Of a DNA stretch of 64,000 nucleotides, positions 46,254-64,000 are shown one piece after another (the first letter of the stretch is position 1; each line of letters begins with the position of its first letter). The notes under the pieces were generated by a model, which was given only the letters and a program-made list of their open reading frames with translations, did not search any database and was not told the origin of the DNA. Source of the DNA: the human T2T-CHM13v2.0 reference genome, Homo sapiens; NCBI RefSeq assembly GCF_009914755.1, contig NC_060925.1; one strand, given 5' to 3'. The position numbers and the translations under genes are program-made.

Positions 46254-46475
46254 GTCAGTGATATACCAGTGTAGGAGACAGCCCCACTGTCAGTGAGGAC
46301 AGTGTAGAAGTCACTCCTCCCCTGGGTCAACAAAATGCCAGTGTGGGAGAAACACCCCCATCGTCAGCAAAATGCCAGTACAGGAGACGCACCCTGCACC
46401 CCAAGTCAGCAGATTGCTAACAGGAGAGACAGTGCCACAGTCAGCAAAAGGCCAATGTGAGAGACACTTCCCTCC
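46254..46475. repeat. Degenerate tandem array, six units of 35-42 bp
   Basis: Units start with GTCA at 46254, 46289, 46326, 46363, 46405, 46440; consensus approx. GTCAGCAAAATGCCAGTGTAGGAGACAC-C-rich. Confidence 0.8.
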
Positions 46476-48449
46476 TCTTCTGGGGCCCATGACATTGACT
46501 GGGGGGTACATACAGAGACCTCTCCAAGGTGGTGCCCCTGGAGTGGGAGGAGGCACTGAGGCAGCTGTTGCCTGGGGGAGAAGGTTGTGGCTGGGGAGTG
46601 GGGCAGGTGAGAGTTCTCACATGGCACTAATGAAATCAACCACCAGCCTGCTCCCCCCTCCCCAGGGACCCTCCAGGCTCCAGCTGATGCAATGCCCAGG
46701 CCAGATAATTGTTTTCTTCCCTCCTTAAAGGGCCAGCTGCTACTGCAGCTGCAGACATCACCCAGACCCCTGACAGACCCCACAGAGCTCAGCACCTGGG
46801 CAGGAAGTTGGGAAGCCCAGAGAGTAGCAGCTTTAGGCCTGGGTTCTGCGCAGTAAAATCCAATTAAAGTCCAGAGACCAGAAGCGTCGTTGAGCAAGGA
46901 GGGAGGGAGAGAGAATAGTTAAGACAGTGACACAGACCACATGCCCTGGGAGAAGGGACCGTGGTCCCTGCTGGGTCCTCAGCACCTGGCTCCTGCACGC
47001 CCGCCCAGCAAGTACTTGGCACAGGGGTTGCTCATGAGTTCAGCAGTTAGCTGCTGAGCCCTCCTGAGTGCCAGGCACTGTGCTGCACAGCTCAAATCCA
47101 CCATTTCACTCACTCCTTCCTGCTACCCACATAGCAGCTGGGTTTGTTTTACTGAAAGAGTCTCAGAGAGGGGAAGTGATTTCCTCAATATCACACAGCC
47201 AGAAAGTGGCAGAGCTTGGGTTTGAAGCCAAGTTTAACCAACTCTGGGCTTCATACCCTGCAAAGGGTCGGATAAGTGTAGAACCCCAGGGCTGGAAGTC
47301 CCTAAGCAAGGCAGTCAGGAACAGAAGGCAGGGAAGGGGTCTGTGGGCCCTAAACAAACAACAAAGGGCATGGTGCTTGGTTTAAGCACAGGGCACATGG
47401 GTCACCTCCCCAGCACATCCCTGCCAACCCACCCACCCCGCCTCCCAACCAAGAATGCCCCATTAGGCTACCCACATGCCCCCAGGGACAGTTGGCAGCT
47501 GCCTGATTACAGACTAATTGGTGGCTGGCAGCAACTATGGTGGGGTGGGGGAGATGGCTCATTAACCCCTTGTTGACCAGGCCCAATCCTCCTCCCATGA
47601 CTTCAGGCCCCAAACCCAAGGAACCCAGACTTAAGAAGTCATCATGGATAGAGGACAGGACCAAAGGAGCAGCAGCCTTCTTCCCTACATCCTGATAACA
47701 CCCCTGGGGCTAGGGTTGGACACATATTCACCCAGGTGTCCAAGCCCTGAAGGACCACATTGAAACAGGCCCCAAGTGGCAGTGCCAGCCAATGCCCCCT
47801 GTTCTCCAGCCTTGATATGCCATTGCCCACCCCATTCCAGGATCCTTCCTGAGCCTTCAGGACCAGGACACTGAAGAAACCCACTCCTCAGGGCTGAGTT
47901 GTCCAGAGGTGATGGGGACATGGAGTCCAGGTACCCAGGCGGCCAGTCAGGGAAGAGCTCCTCCCTATGAATGAGAGCATGCCCAAGTTGCCCATCAAGG
48001 GTCCTGCCAAGCCTCCCTGAACCCTGGGCTCTGCACCATGCTGCTGACCAACTGCATTCCCAGCTTCCCAAAGCCCCCTCTTCCCACCCCAGGGCTGGAG
48101 TAAGCAGCACTCCTTTTCTTTTATGGGGTGGAGGGGGTCCTCTGGACACCACAACGGTGTCACGTTGAGGAAAAAGTGGCTGCTTCTCAACCAGGGCACA
48201 GGCAGAAGGGAGAAAAGCAGGCTGCCTTCCAGCTCCCTTTCCAGGAGGGATTTTAAGCACTTTCCAAAAATGCCATGCCAGGCAATGCTGTTGAAGACCA
48301 GGGCCCCAGGAGCTCTGAGCATCAGCAAAGAACTCAAGACTCTGGGCCCCCTTCCCCATTTTCCAGGCTTCCCCAAACACCCCACGTCCCTCTCTCATCC
48401 CTTAGTCCCCTCCCCAGAGCCCTCTCACACCCTGTGTTCATCCCCCCAC

Positions 48450-49110
48450 CCCCGCCCCTGCACACTCACATACCTACGTTGCGCTTCATGGCCAGAGCCC
48501 CCCTCCCCCCGTGGTCCTCCAGACCTCTGCAGCCCCCTCCCCACGTCCACTCCCAGGCGAGCAAGGCCTGCTGACTTACCCGGAGGTGGGGCCGGGGTCC
48601 AGACAGGGAGGGGGCCTCCACAGGCCGAGGCGGCTCCGCAAGGCGGGGCAGGTGCTGCCCCGGGACCCCGCCCCGCGAACCCGGCAGTAGGCGCGGCCCG
48701 GCCCCAGGCTGGCGCGGACTCCGAGTGGATAGGCACGCGGGGCGGGGAGGGGCGGCGAGGGAGGCTCACGGGGGCATCGCCCGCCACCACGGGGGCAGCT
48801 CCGCTCCGCCCGCCTGCGCTGCCGGCTCCGCAGCAGCCACCGTTTTCAGTCGCCGCCGGGTGCAAAGCCCAAGCTTGGGCCGGCGGGAGGCGAAGGGGAG
48901 GCGGGGCCTGCCGGGGGCGGGGCCGCGTGGATGGGCGGGGCCAGTGGGCCGGACCTTGGTGGTGGGCGGGGCCTAGGGGAATCCGGGGAGTTTGGCTTGC
49001 CGGGTTGTGGTTGGGGGACCTACATTAATGAGGCTTCCAAGAAGCGGGGTCTGGGGAAGCCTCATTCCTCTCCGTGTCCCTAGGACTCTCTTGCCTCCTG
49101 CCCGGCCTCC
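48450..49110 (-). promoter_or_regulatory. CpG-island promoter of RIMS3 with clustered GC boxes
   Basis: Very high GC and CpG content; several GGGCGGGGC Sp/KLF boxes at ~48895-48975; no TATA box. Confidence 0.85.
48580..48865 (-). other. RIMS3: RIMS3 non-coding exon 1 (TSS approximate)
   Basis: Consensus donor CGG|gtaagt (GT 48579-48578) inside the CpG island, downstream of GC boxes. Confidence 0.75.
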
Positions 49111-49437
49111 CCTCTCCACCACCTACCCTATCTGTTCTTTCTCATCCTTCCTTTTCTTTGGGGCACCTCCCAGGACCTCACAGGCACCACGGCGCCCCCT
49201 GCCCTGCCCTGCCCTGAAGCAGTTCCAGGAACGTCAGATGGTAAGAGAAGAAACGACTTACAAACGTCAAGTCCATTTTACAGATGGAAAATCTGAAGCT
49301 CAGATAGGAGAAAAGACTTGCCCAAGTGCCTGGTATGAAGAGAAAGACTTTATAATGTCCCTTTCAGACAGAAGGAAGTAGAGTGGCCGGCCCTGAAGCC
49401 CAAGTTAACCTGCTTCCCCTGCGCTCTCTACTTCTAG

Positions 49438-49652
49438 AGCAATGGTTTTAAACTTGGGGCGATTTTGCCCCCCAGGGAACATTCGACCATGTCTGGAGAC
49501 ATTTTTGGTTTTCCCAACGAGGAGGTTGCTACTGGCGTCTCATGAGAAGAGACCAGGGATGCTGCTACACGCCTTCAATGCACAGGACAGCCCCTGCGCC
49601 AGAGAATTGTCAGGCCCGAAATGTCAGCAGGTTTCTGAGGTTGAGAAACTCT
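49438..49652. mobile_element. MER20-like hAT element
   Basis: gcgattttgccccccagggaacatt...gtctggagacatttttggtt...gaggttgagaaactctg. Confidence 0.75.
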
Positions 49653-49918
49653 GTTCTAGGGCCTGGCATCTGCCTATATAAACTTCCAGATAGACTCCTG
49701 GAGTCCTGGGTTCTTCTGCAGCCCGGGAGGATACTGTACGAAGTCTTTCCTAGGGTCGTGCCTGCCCCAACTTGTATATTTAACCTTGCTTAGGACTGGT
49801 CAGTTCCACTCTTGGGCTCCAGTGTTTTGAATTCCACCCACTGACAGAGAGGACAGAATAATTAATATTTGCTGGAGGCATGTAAAACCAGTAGTCTCCC
49901 TGCTGAGGGCATGAATTA

Positions 49919-50287
<369 letters not shown>

Positions 50288-50799
50288 CTAGGAGGCATAG
50301 TCATCCTACGCCTTCCCTTCTCACCTGGTCTGTGAGAAGCATAAACTGAGGCCCTACAATGTGAAAAGCCTCAAAGTGCGTTCCATAGCTGGTCAGAGGT
50401 GGAGCTGGGGCTCCTGATTATATTTACATATTAATTAAAGCTTTGTTATCAGCTATTCTACCTCAGGCCTAGGCCTGGACTAGGGCCTGGGTGGTAGAAT
50501 GGGTTACTCTGGAGCAGCAAGGGGGACTAGATTAGGGGAGGTGGGATGGAGGCCAGGGCAGGACCTGGAACGAGGGTGGAGGTGAGGGGTGGGAGCACAG
50601 AGAGGAATCAGGCTTCCTGTGTGCTCCTCCCTGGCCCCTTTCACAGAGACAGGTAAACCAGGGGTTCCCTTTGCACATCTGATGAAAACTTAGCACTATC
50701 TCTCTGGAGATGTGCAATGTATATTTTGCATATAATTTCAGTATCTTCAAAGTTCTATATTGGTTACCAGAAGGACTGCATGGGAGGTGGGTGGAGAGG

Positions 50800-51975
<1,176 letters not shown>

Positions 51976-51999
51976 CGGAGGGGATATATCCTGGTTGCC

Positions 52000-52260
52000 C
52001 CCTACCCTGTCCCCTCCTGCCCGCCAGCCCCTCCAAGCCGAGACGGGGACGAGCAGGAGGGATGGCTGGGGCTGTGAGAGTCGAGACCGAGCACCTGGCA
52101 GAGGCTTCTCCTGCGGCGCTCTGGCCAGCGCCCACATGTTTAGGGGCCGGGAAGTCCCGGAAACCCCAGGCGGGCCATCTGGGTCCTCAGCAGGTGCCTT
52201 GGCACAGCCGAGCCGAAGTCCTCCTGGAGGCTGCTCACCACTTCCCTCGCGTGGCCATCC
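52000..52260. promoter_or_regulatory. Small CpG-rich patch upstream of the RIMS3 promoter
   Basis: Retained CpGs; ETS-like CGGGAAGT and CCGGAAAC motifs at ~52147-52165. Confidence 0.4.
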
Positions 52261-53747
52261 TAAGAACTGCAATCCTCTGTTCCTGCTCAGCCCCTTCTGA
52301 GCATCAAGGCGAGAATTTAAAAATAAATAAATAACAGCTAATTTTTTGAGGGAACTAACCATGTTCCAGGCATTGTGTTAAACACTTAACCTAGCATATT
52401 TCATTTTCCCCTCAAAACAACTCTTCGAGGTAGGTGCACTGTATTCTTATCTCCATTTGATGGACGGAAACTGAGGCTTGAAAAAAGTGACTTGTCTTTC
52501 TAAGTGGTGGCACCAGAATTTACTGCCACATTCCTGGCCTCAGCTCTTAATGTAATAAAGCCAAACCTTTGGGAAAATTCAATAAAACAAACTTTTTTGA
52601 GGTTTACCTTTATCCAGGCCTTTTGCAGGTGCTGGGGATTCTGAATTGAGGAAAATAGTCATCAGAGGTGACAGCAGAGGAACACTCCTGATACAGCGAA
52701 TCCTGATGGCTACAGAGGACTCATTCACCCCAGGAAGCGGTGGGGGCAGTGGGGAGGGATCCCAGAGGAGACGTCCTCCAAGCTGCATCTTGTGGAGAGA
52801 GAGTAGTGGGGTGGCACTTACTAAGGTGGGCTGGATGACAAGTGGGGCTTGGGGGAGGAGCAGTGATCTATATGCTCTGAGTTTGGGGGTAGACCACAGA
52901 TGGGGCTGAATAAAGTACACCAGGACCAAGCTAAGGAGTTTGGGTGCAAAGATTTTTTTGAAAGCTTTTCCATGTTTCAGTTGCTTGGGTCTAGGGACAG
53001 CCTGCTCTGCCAACCCAACCTGCCTCTTTTGCAGATGCTTTCTCACCCCAGTTCAAGGTGCTCTCAGAAACTTGGGAGTCCCTCCTGATTCCTTCCTCTT
53101 CCTCACTTCTATCCACTTAATTATCAGGGCCATCCAGTTTGCTTCCTAAATACTTCCTAGGTTCACCCACTTCTCTCCATCCCTCTTGCCTCTCCTCTAG
53201 TCCAGCCTGCCTTCCTGTCACTCCTGAATTCAGCTGCTGTTGGTGACTTGGTCTCACCACCTTCAAACTTTTACACAAGAGAAATCCTTCTAAAACAAAT
53301 CTGACCACATCCCCTCTCTTACTGAAAATGCTTTTCATTGATTCATTCAACAAATATCAAGTATTTATTATATGTTGAATATTCAAGATATAATTATGAG
53401 CAAAACATGGAATTTAAAGCCTATGGGGGTGACAGACATGAACCAAATCACCCCCTAAATAATTGTATAATAAAAACTGGGTTAGATGCTATGGGAGGGA
53501 CTGGCCTAGACAGGGAGATCTTTGAATGCTCCCCAAGGCATCCCATCTGAAGCTTGAATAGCAGTCAGCCAGATCAACAAGCCAAGGATGGGTAAGAGCT
53601 TACACAAAGGCCCTGAAGTTGCTTCTCTGAGTTTCTGTTTCCTTGTCTGTATAATGGGAATATTTAGAGTTATGAGGATTAAATGAGTTAATATGTGTAA
53701 AGTTCTTAGAACAGACCTTAGGATATAAATTTTCCATAAGTGTTAGT

Positions 53748-53756
<9 letters not shown>

Positions 53757-53809
<53 letters not shown>

Positions 53810-54074
53810 AGATGGAGTCTCACTCTGTTACCCAGGAGGCAGTGGCGTGATCTCTGCTCACTGCAATCTCCGCCTCCCAGGTTGAAGCAATTCTTCTGCC
53901 TCAGCCTCCTGGGTAGCTGGGATTACAGGCATGTGCCACTACGCCTGGCTAATTTTTGTGTTTTTTGTAGAGATGGGGTTTCACCATATTGGCCAGGCTA
54001 GTCTTGAATCCTGATCCACCCACCTCAGCCTCCCAAAGTGCTGGGATTACAGGAGTGAGCCACTGCGCCTGGCC
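53757..54074 (-). mobile_element. Alu whose tail has become (TA)n (53757-53805)
   Basis: Directly visible. Confidence 0.9.
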
Positions 54075-54576
54075 AATAACTTAATAATATATATTTTTTT
54101 AAGTGGAGAGATATTGGAAATCTTTCAGCAAAGGAGTTAAAGGAGAAAGTAGCATTTTTTAAATGTCACTCCAGCTGCAATGAGGAGCATGGATTAGTAC
54201 AAAGAAAGAGCAGATTTGGGGAAACTAATGAGACTTTTGCAGGGGTCCATTGAGAGCTATGGGGATTTGGGCTAGGGAGGCAGAGGGAAATTGGAGAGAT
54301 TTTGTGGTTTAGGTAGTAGACACTGCTGGACTTGCTGTTTTATTGGTAGTGGGAGGCTGTAGGAGGTAGGTGGTCCCTACAACTGGTTGGGTGGTGATGT
54401 TCTTCACCAAGACAGGGAAGCCTGAATGATGCCTAGGCCTTGGGGGGGATGCTGATTCTGGATGTGTTTAGATGCACACACTGTGGGACATCCCAGATGA
54501 GGGCTGCATAGGCAGCTGATTCACTGTGGAGTTCAGAAGAGAAACTGTGGCTGGAGATACAAAACTAAGATTGTTG

Positions 54577-55322
<746 letters not shown>

Positions 55323-55390
55323 GTTGGCAAATAAGTGATCACCTCAATCACCCCATCTTTGAGATGGTAGAGGTAGGAGATAGCTAGATG

Positions 55391-56390
<1,000 letters not shown>

Positions 56391-57687
56391 TCAGGGTCTC
56401 AGGCTTGTTAGACCAAGGAATGTTTCCTAAAGGAAGTAACAACTAAGATTAAGACCCAAAAGTCAGGTAAAAGAAAGCTCCCTCCTCTTGAATTTTTCAC
56501 TTTAGACTTTACCATGCACTCTCAGAGTCCATTCCAGGAACAAAGGCCCAGGCAATAGCAGTTGCACTTCCTAGGTTCTGCTGAATTTTCCTTCTTCTCT
56601 GAGATCCTTCTTCTCAATGTTCCCTCTGGCCTCATCTTCACATTCTCCGCCAGGGCTAGGAATAGGGTCAGGGCAAAGGGACCGAGGGTACAGAAGTAGG
56701 GAGGCGCTCACTCATGGGTCGTGCAATGTGCTCCTGGCCCTCTTCCCACTCACACCCCCACTCTAGCTTTTCCCTGTACTCTGCTGGCATCTTGCTATTC
56801 CCACATGTGGCTTCCTCTGTTTACAGTGAGCCTTGCCAACACTTGACTGAGGAAAGCTTGCTCATGATGAGCTCAGATGTCACCTCCTCCTGGAAGTCCA
56901 CTGCTTTCTCCAGTCGTCCCTGTCCTTCTACCTAGGCCAAGATGGTCCCCTGTGCTCTAACAGCATGGTGAAGACTGCACAGTGGTTAACAGAACAGGCT
57001 TTAGCATCAGAGCCCTGCTGTGCTATTATCTGTGGATCACTCTCTGAGCCTGTTTCCTTCCACATGTGTGAAATGTGGTGCTGGCATCACAGGGGAGTTG
57101 TAAACATTAAATGAGAAAACATATGTAAAGTGATCGCAGTGACTGGTATACGTACCAGTCAGATACATGATATAATAAAGATAAAGACAAGAAAATAATG
57201 AGAATAAATGAACACTTTAGAAGATGCATAAACAATAACAGTAGCTACCGCTTACAGTAAGTGGTTATTGTTTATACTTCTTCTAAAGTGCTCATGTTTT
57301 CTAATTATTTTCCTGCCTTTATCTTCATTATATCATAAGCTTCTGGGGGCAAGAAGGAAGAAGAGGAGGAGGAAGAAGATATTCATAATTGACATTTAAC
57401 AAGCATTACGACATGTCTGCTGAATAAAGAAATGACAATTTCATGGGAAATGTTCTGGGCAGGAAATCTGGAATCCTGAGCTCCAATCACATGGTCCTAG
57501 TGATGGTACAGTTTCTGCCTCACTCACATTCACTTTAAGGAAAAGCTGCCCAGACCACAAACCCTGCTGGGGCCACGCTTTAAACCACCTGGCCCCTCCA
57601 GCCTCTAGACTTGAGCAGATAGGGCCAGCACCGGAGTCAAGGGTCACCATTTAATATATTAGCTGCTGTCCTCTGACCAATGGTGTA

Positions 57688-58101
57688 TACTATGGTGTGA
57701 ATGTGTTCCCCAAGGTTCATGTGCTGGAAACTTAATCCCCAAGGCAACAGTGTTGAGAGGAGGGACCTTCAGGAGGTGATTAGGTCATGGGGACTCTGCC
57801 ATCATAAATAAATTAATGACAATATTGAGGGAGTGGGTTCCTGATAAAAGGATGCATTCAACCCCATTTCTTCTTCTCTCTCTCTTTCTCTCTCCCCTTC
57901 TCTCTGTCCCTCTCATGCTGTCTTGCTCTCTTGCCCTTCACCTGCTGCCATGGAATACACAGCAAGAAGGCCCTTGCCAGGTGTGCACCCCTAAACCTTA
58001 GACTTACCAGGCTTTAGAGCTGTAAGAAATATATTTCTATACCTTATAAATTACCTAGTTTCAGATATTCTGATATAGCAGCACAAAATGAACTAAGACA
58101 A
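57688..58101 (+). mobile_element. MaLR LTR (MST/MLT1A-like)
   Basis: ctatggtgtgaatgtgttccccaaggttcatgtgctggaaacttaatcccc ... gcacaaaatgaactaagaca. Confidence 0.75.
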
Positions 58102-58171
58102 CCTAGCACAACAATCTAAGATGGGCTGATTCGAGGCTTTATTGAACCAAGGAAGAGAAAGACATTGTTGT

Positions 58172-59187
<1,016 letters not shown>

Positions 59188-60195
59188 TCAGAGACCAAGA
59201 GAAGGCAGAAGCCTGACTGTAGGTAGAGGGGGAAGGAGCAATCCTATCCAGTGATGAGGAGTGGTGAGAAGATAGAGAATAAATAGACCAGTGAGTCCTA
59301 GACCTCTATCCTTCATCCTGCCTTTCAGTTCCAGTCTTTACAAGAAACTCCTTTGTACTTGAGCTAAATTGGGTGGGCTTCTGCAGCCCAATGAGCCTGA
59401 CTCTACTGTGTTATCTTGGCAAGTCCCTGCCCCTCTCTGAGCCTCGGTCTGACTAGATTGTCTCTAAAGTCCTCTCCAGGTCAGTGTTCTTTCTGAACAC
59501 TGTGTAGAGGGGATGGTTTTTAGGTTGTTGGCACCTGAGTTCAGTATTAGTTACAGAGTGCCCCTGACATCCTGGCTCCCAAAATAGCGTGGTGGCTGGT
59601 TAAAGAGCCTGTTAGAGGATCCAACACCCACCTGGCTTTGAACCTGAGACCCGCTGATACAATTCGACTCCTCCTTCGATTGTATCTTTTGTTGGATCAC
59701 AAAGGAACTGAGGAACCAGGGCTGGTGTTTCTCCAGTGTCTTTTGGCTCCTGAATGCCCTACGTACCCCCTTAATACTTTTCTGGACCCACTTCAGCATT
59801 TCAGAGGATTTCAGTGCCAAATCTGCTCTAAAAAAAAGTGCCACTCCAGGAAGAATTTGAACAAAAAAAGTTTCCTTCTTTGGTATTAAGATTTCCTGCC
59901 TTCCAGCTGTTTGGCTCTGAGCCTGTGCCCTGCCTTCATCCTCCTAAGCTAACAACTATGTTGATAATAATACTCCCTTGCTTTTGTATGGTGTTTTGCA
60001 CTTTTCAGAGCATTTTAACACTTATCATCTTACTTGATGAAAAAAACTCAGGCAGGATGGACAAGAAGGAGAGGCAGAGGATAATACCTGGATAATATCT
60101 ATCACTTCTCCCATTCCCTCTACCCCCTTAGGACAATTTATTTTCAAATAATGTAAAATAAATTATTCCTATGCCTTTTTTAAAAACAGGTGGAA

Positions 60196-61744
<1,549 letters not shown>

Positions 61745-62034
61745 TCATTCCAGAGCCCATCCCTCTCAGCCACAACACGGAGTCAAGTTATCTTGGGAGG
61801 CAAGCAGTAAGCTCTCCATAACACAGTTCTAATAGCTGGGGACAGGTGAGGAAGCAGAAGGGAGTAGCAGCTTTCCCTGTGCTTGCTCCAGAGTCGGCGC
61901 TCACCCCTTGCCCAGTGCCTCAGCTGAAAGCTTAGCGGGCAGCTCTTATGGTACCACCCAGCACAACAACTGTAGATGCACAGCTGGGAAGTTAGTAATT
62001 GCAGTTAGCTCATCTGATGGCCAGAGGAACGCTG

Positions 62035-63060
62035 TGTCAGTCTGGGTGAAGACAAGAAAACAAGTGATTGGAATTTCAAACAGAGGGAATTGGTGTCAGA
62101 GAACTGGTTAGAAATCTGTTAGAAAGCCTGAAGGAGCAAAGCTGGTAAAGTTGGGTAGACTAGAGATTAATAGATGCAAGAAGTTCTAACACTCCAAGAC
62201 CTGGAGAATCAAAAGGGAAAGTGTCGCTAGACCCCAAAGTGCACTTGTTGCTAACACTACTGAAGCACTGCTTTTGCAATTATGCTAACAGAACTGCCAG
62301 AGGTCACTGGGGCCTGCAGCTACCCAACTGCTGCCCCTCCATACCACCAACACTGCTGGAGCCTGGCAAGGAACCCACTACCACCACTGCTGGAAAGGCT
62401 GAAGGTCTCCAAGCCCATAACTACCAGCTGCTGCCAGAGCCTCCAGCAGAAGCAGAGAGAACAATGGCTTCACCTCTCCTCCCACCATCCCCTCCCCAGG
62501 CACACAATTTCCCACCTGTACTTCCCATTGACCAAATATGACAGGAAGCCAGCTGGCAAGAAGTGTCTGGGGAATGTAGTTTTCAGGGTCCAGAGTGGGA
62601 AAGATAGAGTGGAGCTCAAAGCAAATAGGCAAATGACTAGTGCAAATACTATTGAACCTTTCAGCTAATGTGGGTACCTTAAAGGCCATATGTATTGGAC
62701 ATTAGTTGAAACATTCAATAGTATTTGCACTCGTCATCTGCTTTATTTCTCCATTTTTCCCTTTCTATTTAACAATAGGCCCTGATTTCCTTTCCAGGAT
62801 TCATGTATTTTCAGGAAGGTAACTTCCTTGGGTAGAGCAGGGCTGAGCCAAATCAGGGGACTCAATCCACTGGCCAGAATGATGGGTCAGAGTGGTCATG
62901 TGAACTCAGCCAGTCCAATCAGAATGAATCTCAGGATTTTTGCTGGGAAGGCGGGCACATGGACTCCCTCTTACTTACTAATCACAATTAAGAAAACATG
63001 CAGGCCCTGGGAGCTGTTGACAATCCTATTGGGACAATAAGGGGAATGAAAACCAAGAAG
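62035..63060. mobile_element. Two ancient LTR remnants (~62035-62645 and ~62750-63060)
   Basis: LTR-like text (gtctggggaatgtagttt; ggtcatgtga...ccaatcagaatgaatctcagga); families uncertain. Confidence 0.45.
62623..62748. repeat. Imperfect inverted repeat, ~49-bp arms, 27-nt loop
   Basis: Arms 62623-62671 and 62699-62748; 18-bp perfect core ttcaatagtatttgcact. Confidence 0.9.
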
Positions 63061-63206
63061 AAAGAGTAGCCTGGATGACTAGAATTTTTTTTTTTTTTTT
63101 GGCACATATGTAACTTACATGCTGTAGCCACTGCTTAGAACTCCAGCACAGTTGATTGGGCTTATACTCCTCTGGGTATCTATTATCTATCAGAAAGCAA
63201 AACTGG

Positions 63207-63824
<618 letters not shown>

Positions 63825-64000
63825 AGATAAACAGATTTTACACTGTAGCCAGTACACATGTCTATGTGTATATGATTGAAACAAAAAAAGTTTCATAGTA
63901 ATTTTCACAGTACCCTTGCTATGTGCAATTAATTCAAATTTTCAATTCCATTCCATTTTAAAAATAAAAGCTAGTTACAAACTTCTAAATAATTTCATGA

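Noticed and set aside
46254-46475. CRISPR-like repeat/spacer appearance
   Set aside because: Primate intron, repeats not identical, linkers related and short, no cas genes; treated as a decayed minisatellite
47856-47873. RE1-like TTCAGGACCAGGACAC, and similar motifs at ~8080 and ~46789
   Set aside because: Wrong half-site spacing or mismatched cores
48123-49028. 301-aa plus-strand ORF, and overlapping minus-strand ORFs of 146-237 aa
   Set aside because: Pro/Gly/Arg/Ala-rich frames expected from stop-poor CpG-island DNA; no recognisable domain
57140-57161. 9-bp stem with TACG loop (TGACTGGTA-TACG-TACCAGTCA)
   Set aside because: Short, within a MIR-like remnant, intergenic; plausible by chance in 64 kb

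Overview
Primate (almost certainly human or great ape) genomic DNA containing the complete RIMS3 gene (RIM3-gamma, presynaptic C2B-domain protein) on the minus strand. Six coding exons with canonical GT-AG boundaries (25108-24892, 19228-19087, 16352-16240, 12552-12451, 12129-11990, 9910-9698) join in frame to 927 nt, i.e. 308 aa plus TAA. Two non-coding 5' exons are inferred: exon 1 in the CpG island ending at 48580, and exon 2 at 31022-30848. A ~5.8 kb 3'UTR ends near an ATTAAA at 3877-3882. The rest is intronic or intergenic and dense in Alu, L1, L2, MIR, LTR and DNA-transposon remnants; family names below are by eye and need RepeatMasker confirmation. The most interesting candidate system is in the spliced 5'UTR: two tiny uORFs followed by a 23-codon out-of-frame uORF that overlaps the RIMS3 start codon. 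This is an ATF4-like layout, and most of it depends on inclusion of exon 2. Other notable signals are a near-consensus RE1/REST site in an intronic CpG patch, a perfect RFX X-box, a decayed ~36-bp six-unit tandem array in intron 1, an unusual G-rich NAGNAG acceptor and a ~125-nt intergenic hairpin. None of these is demonstrated functionally from sequence alone.
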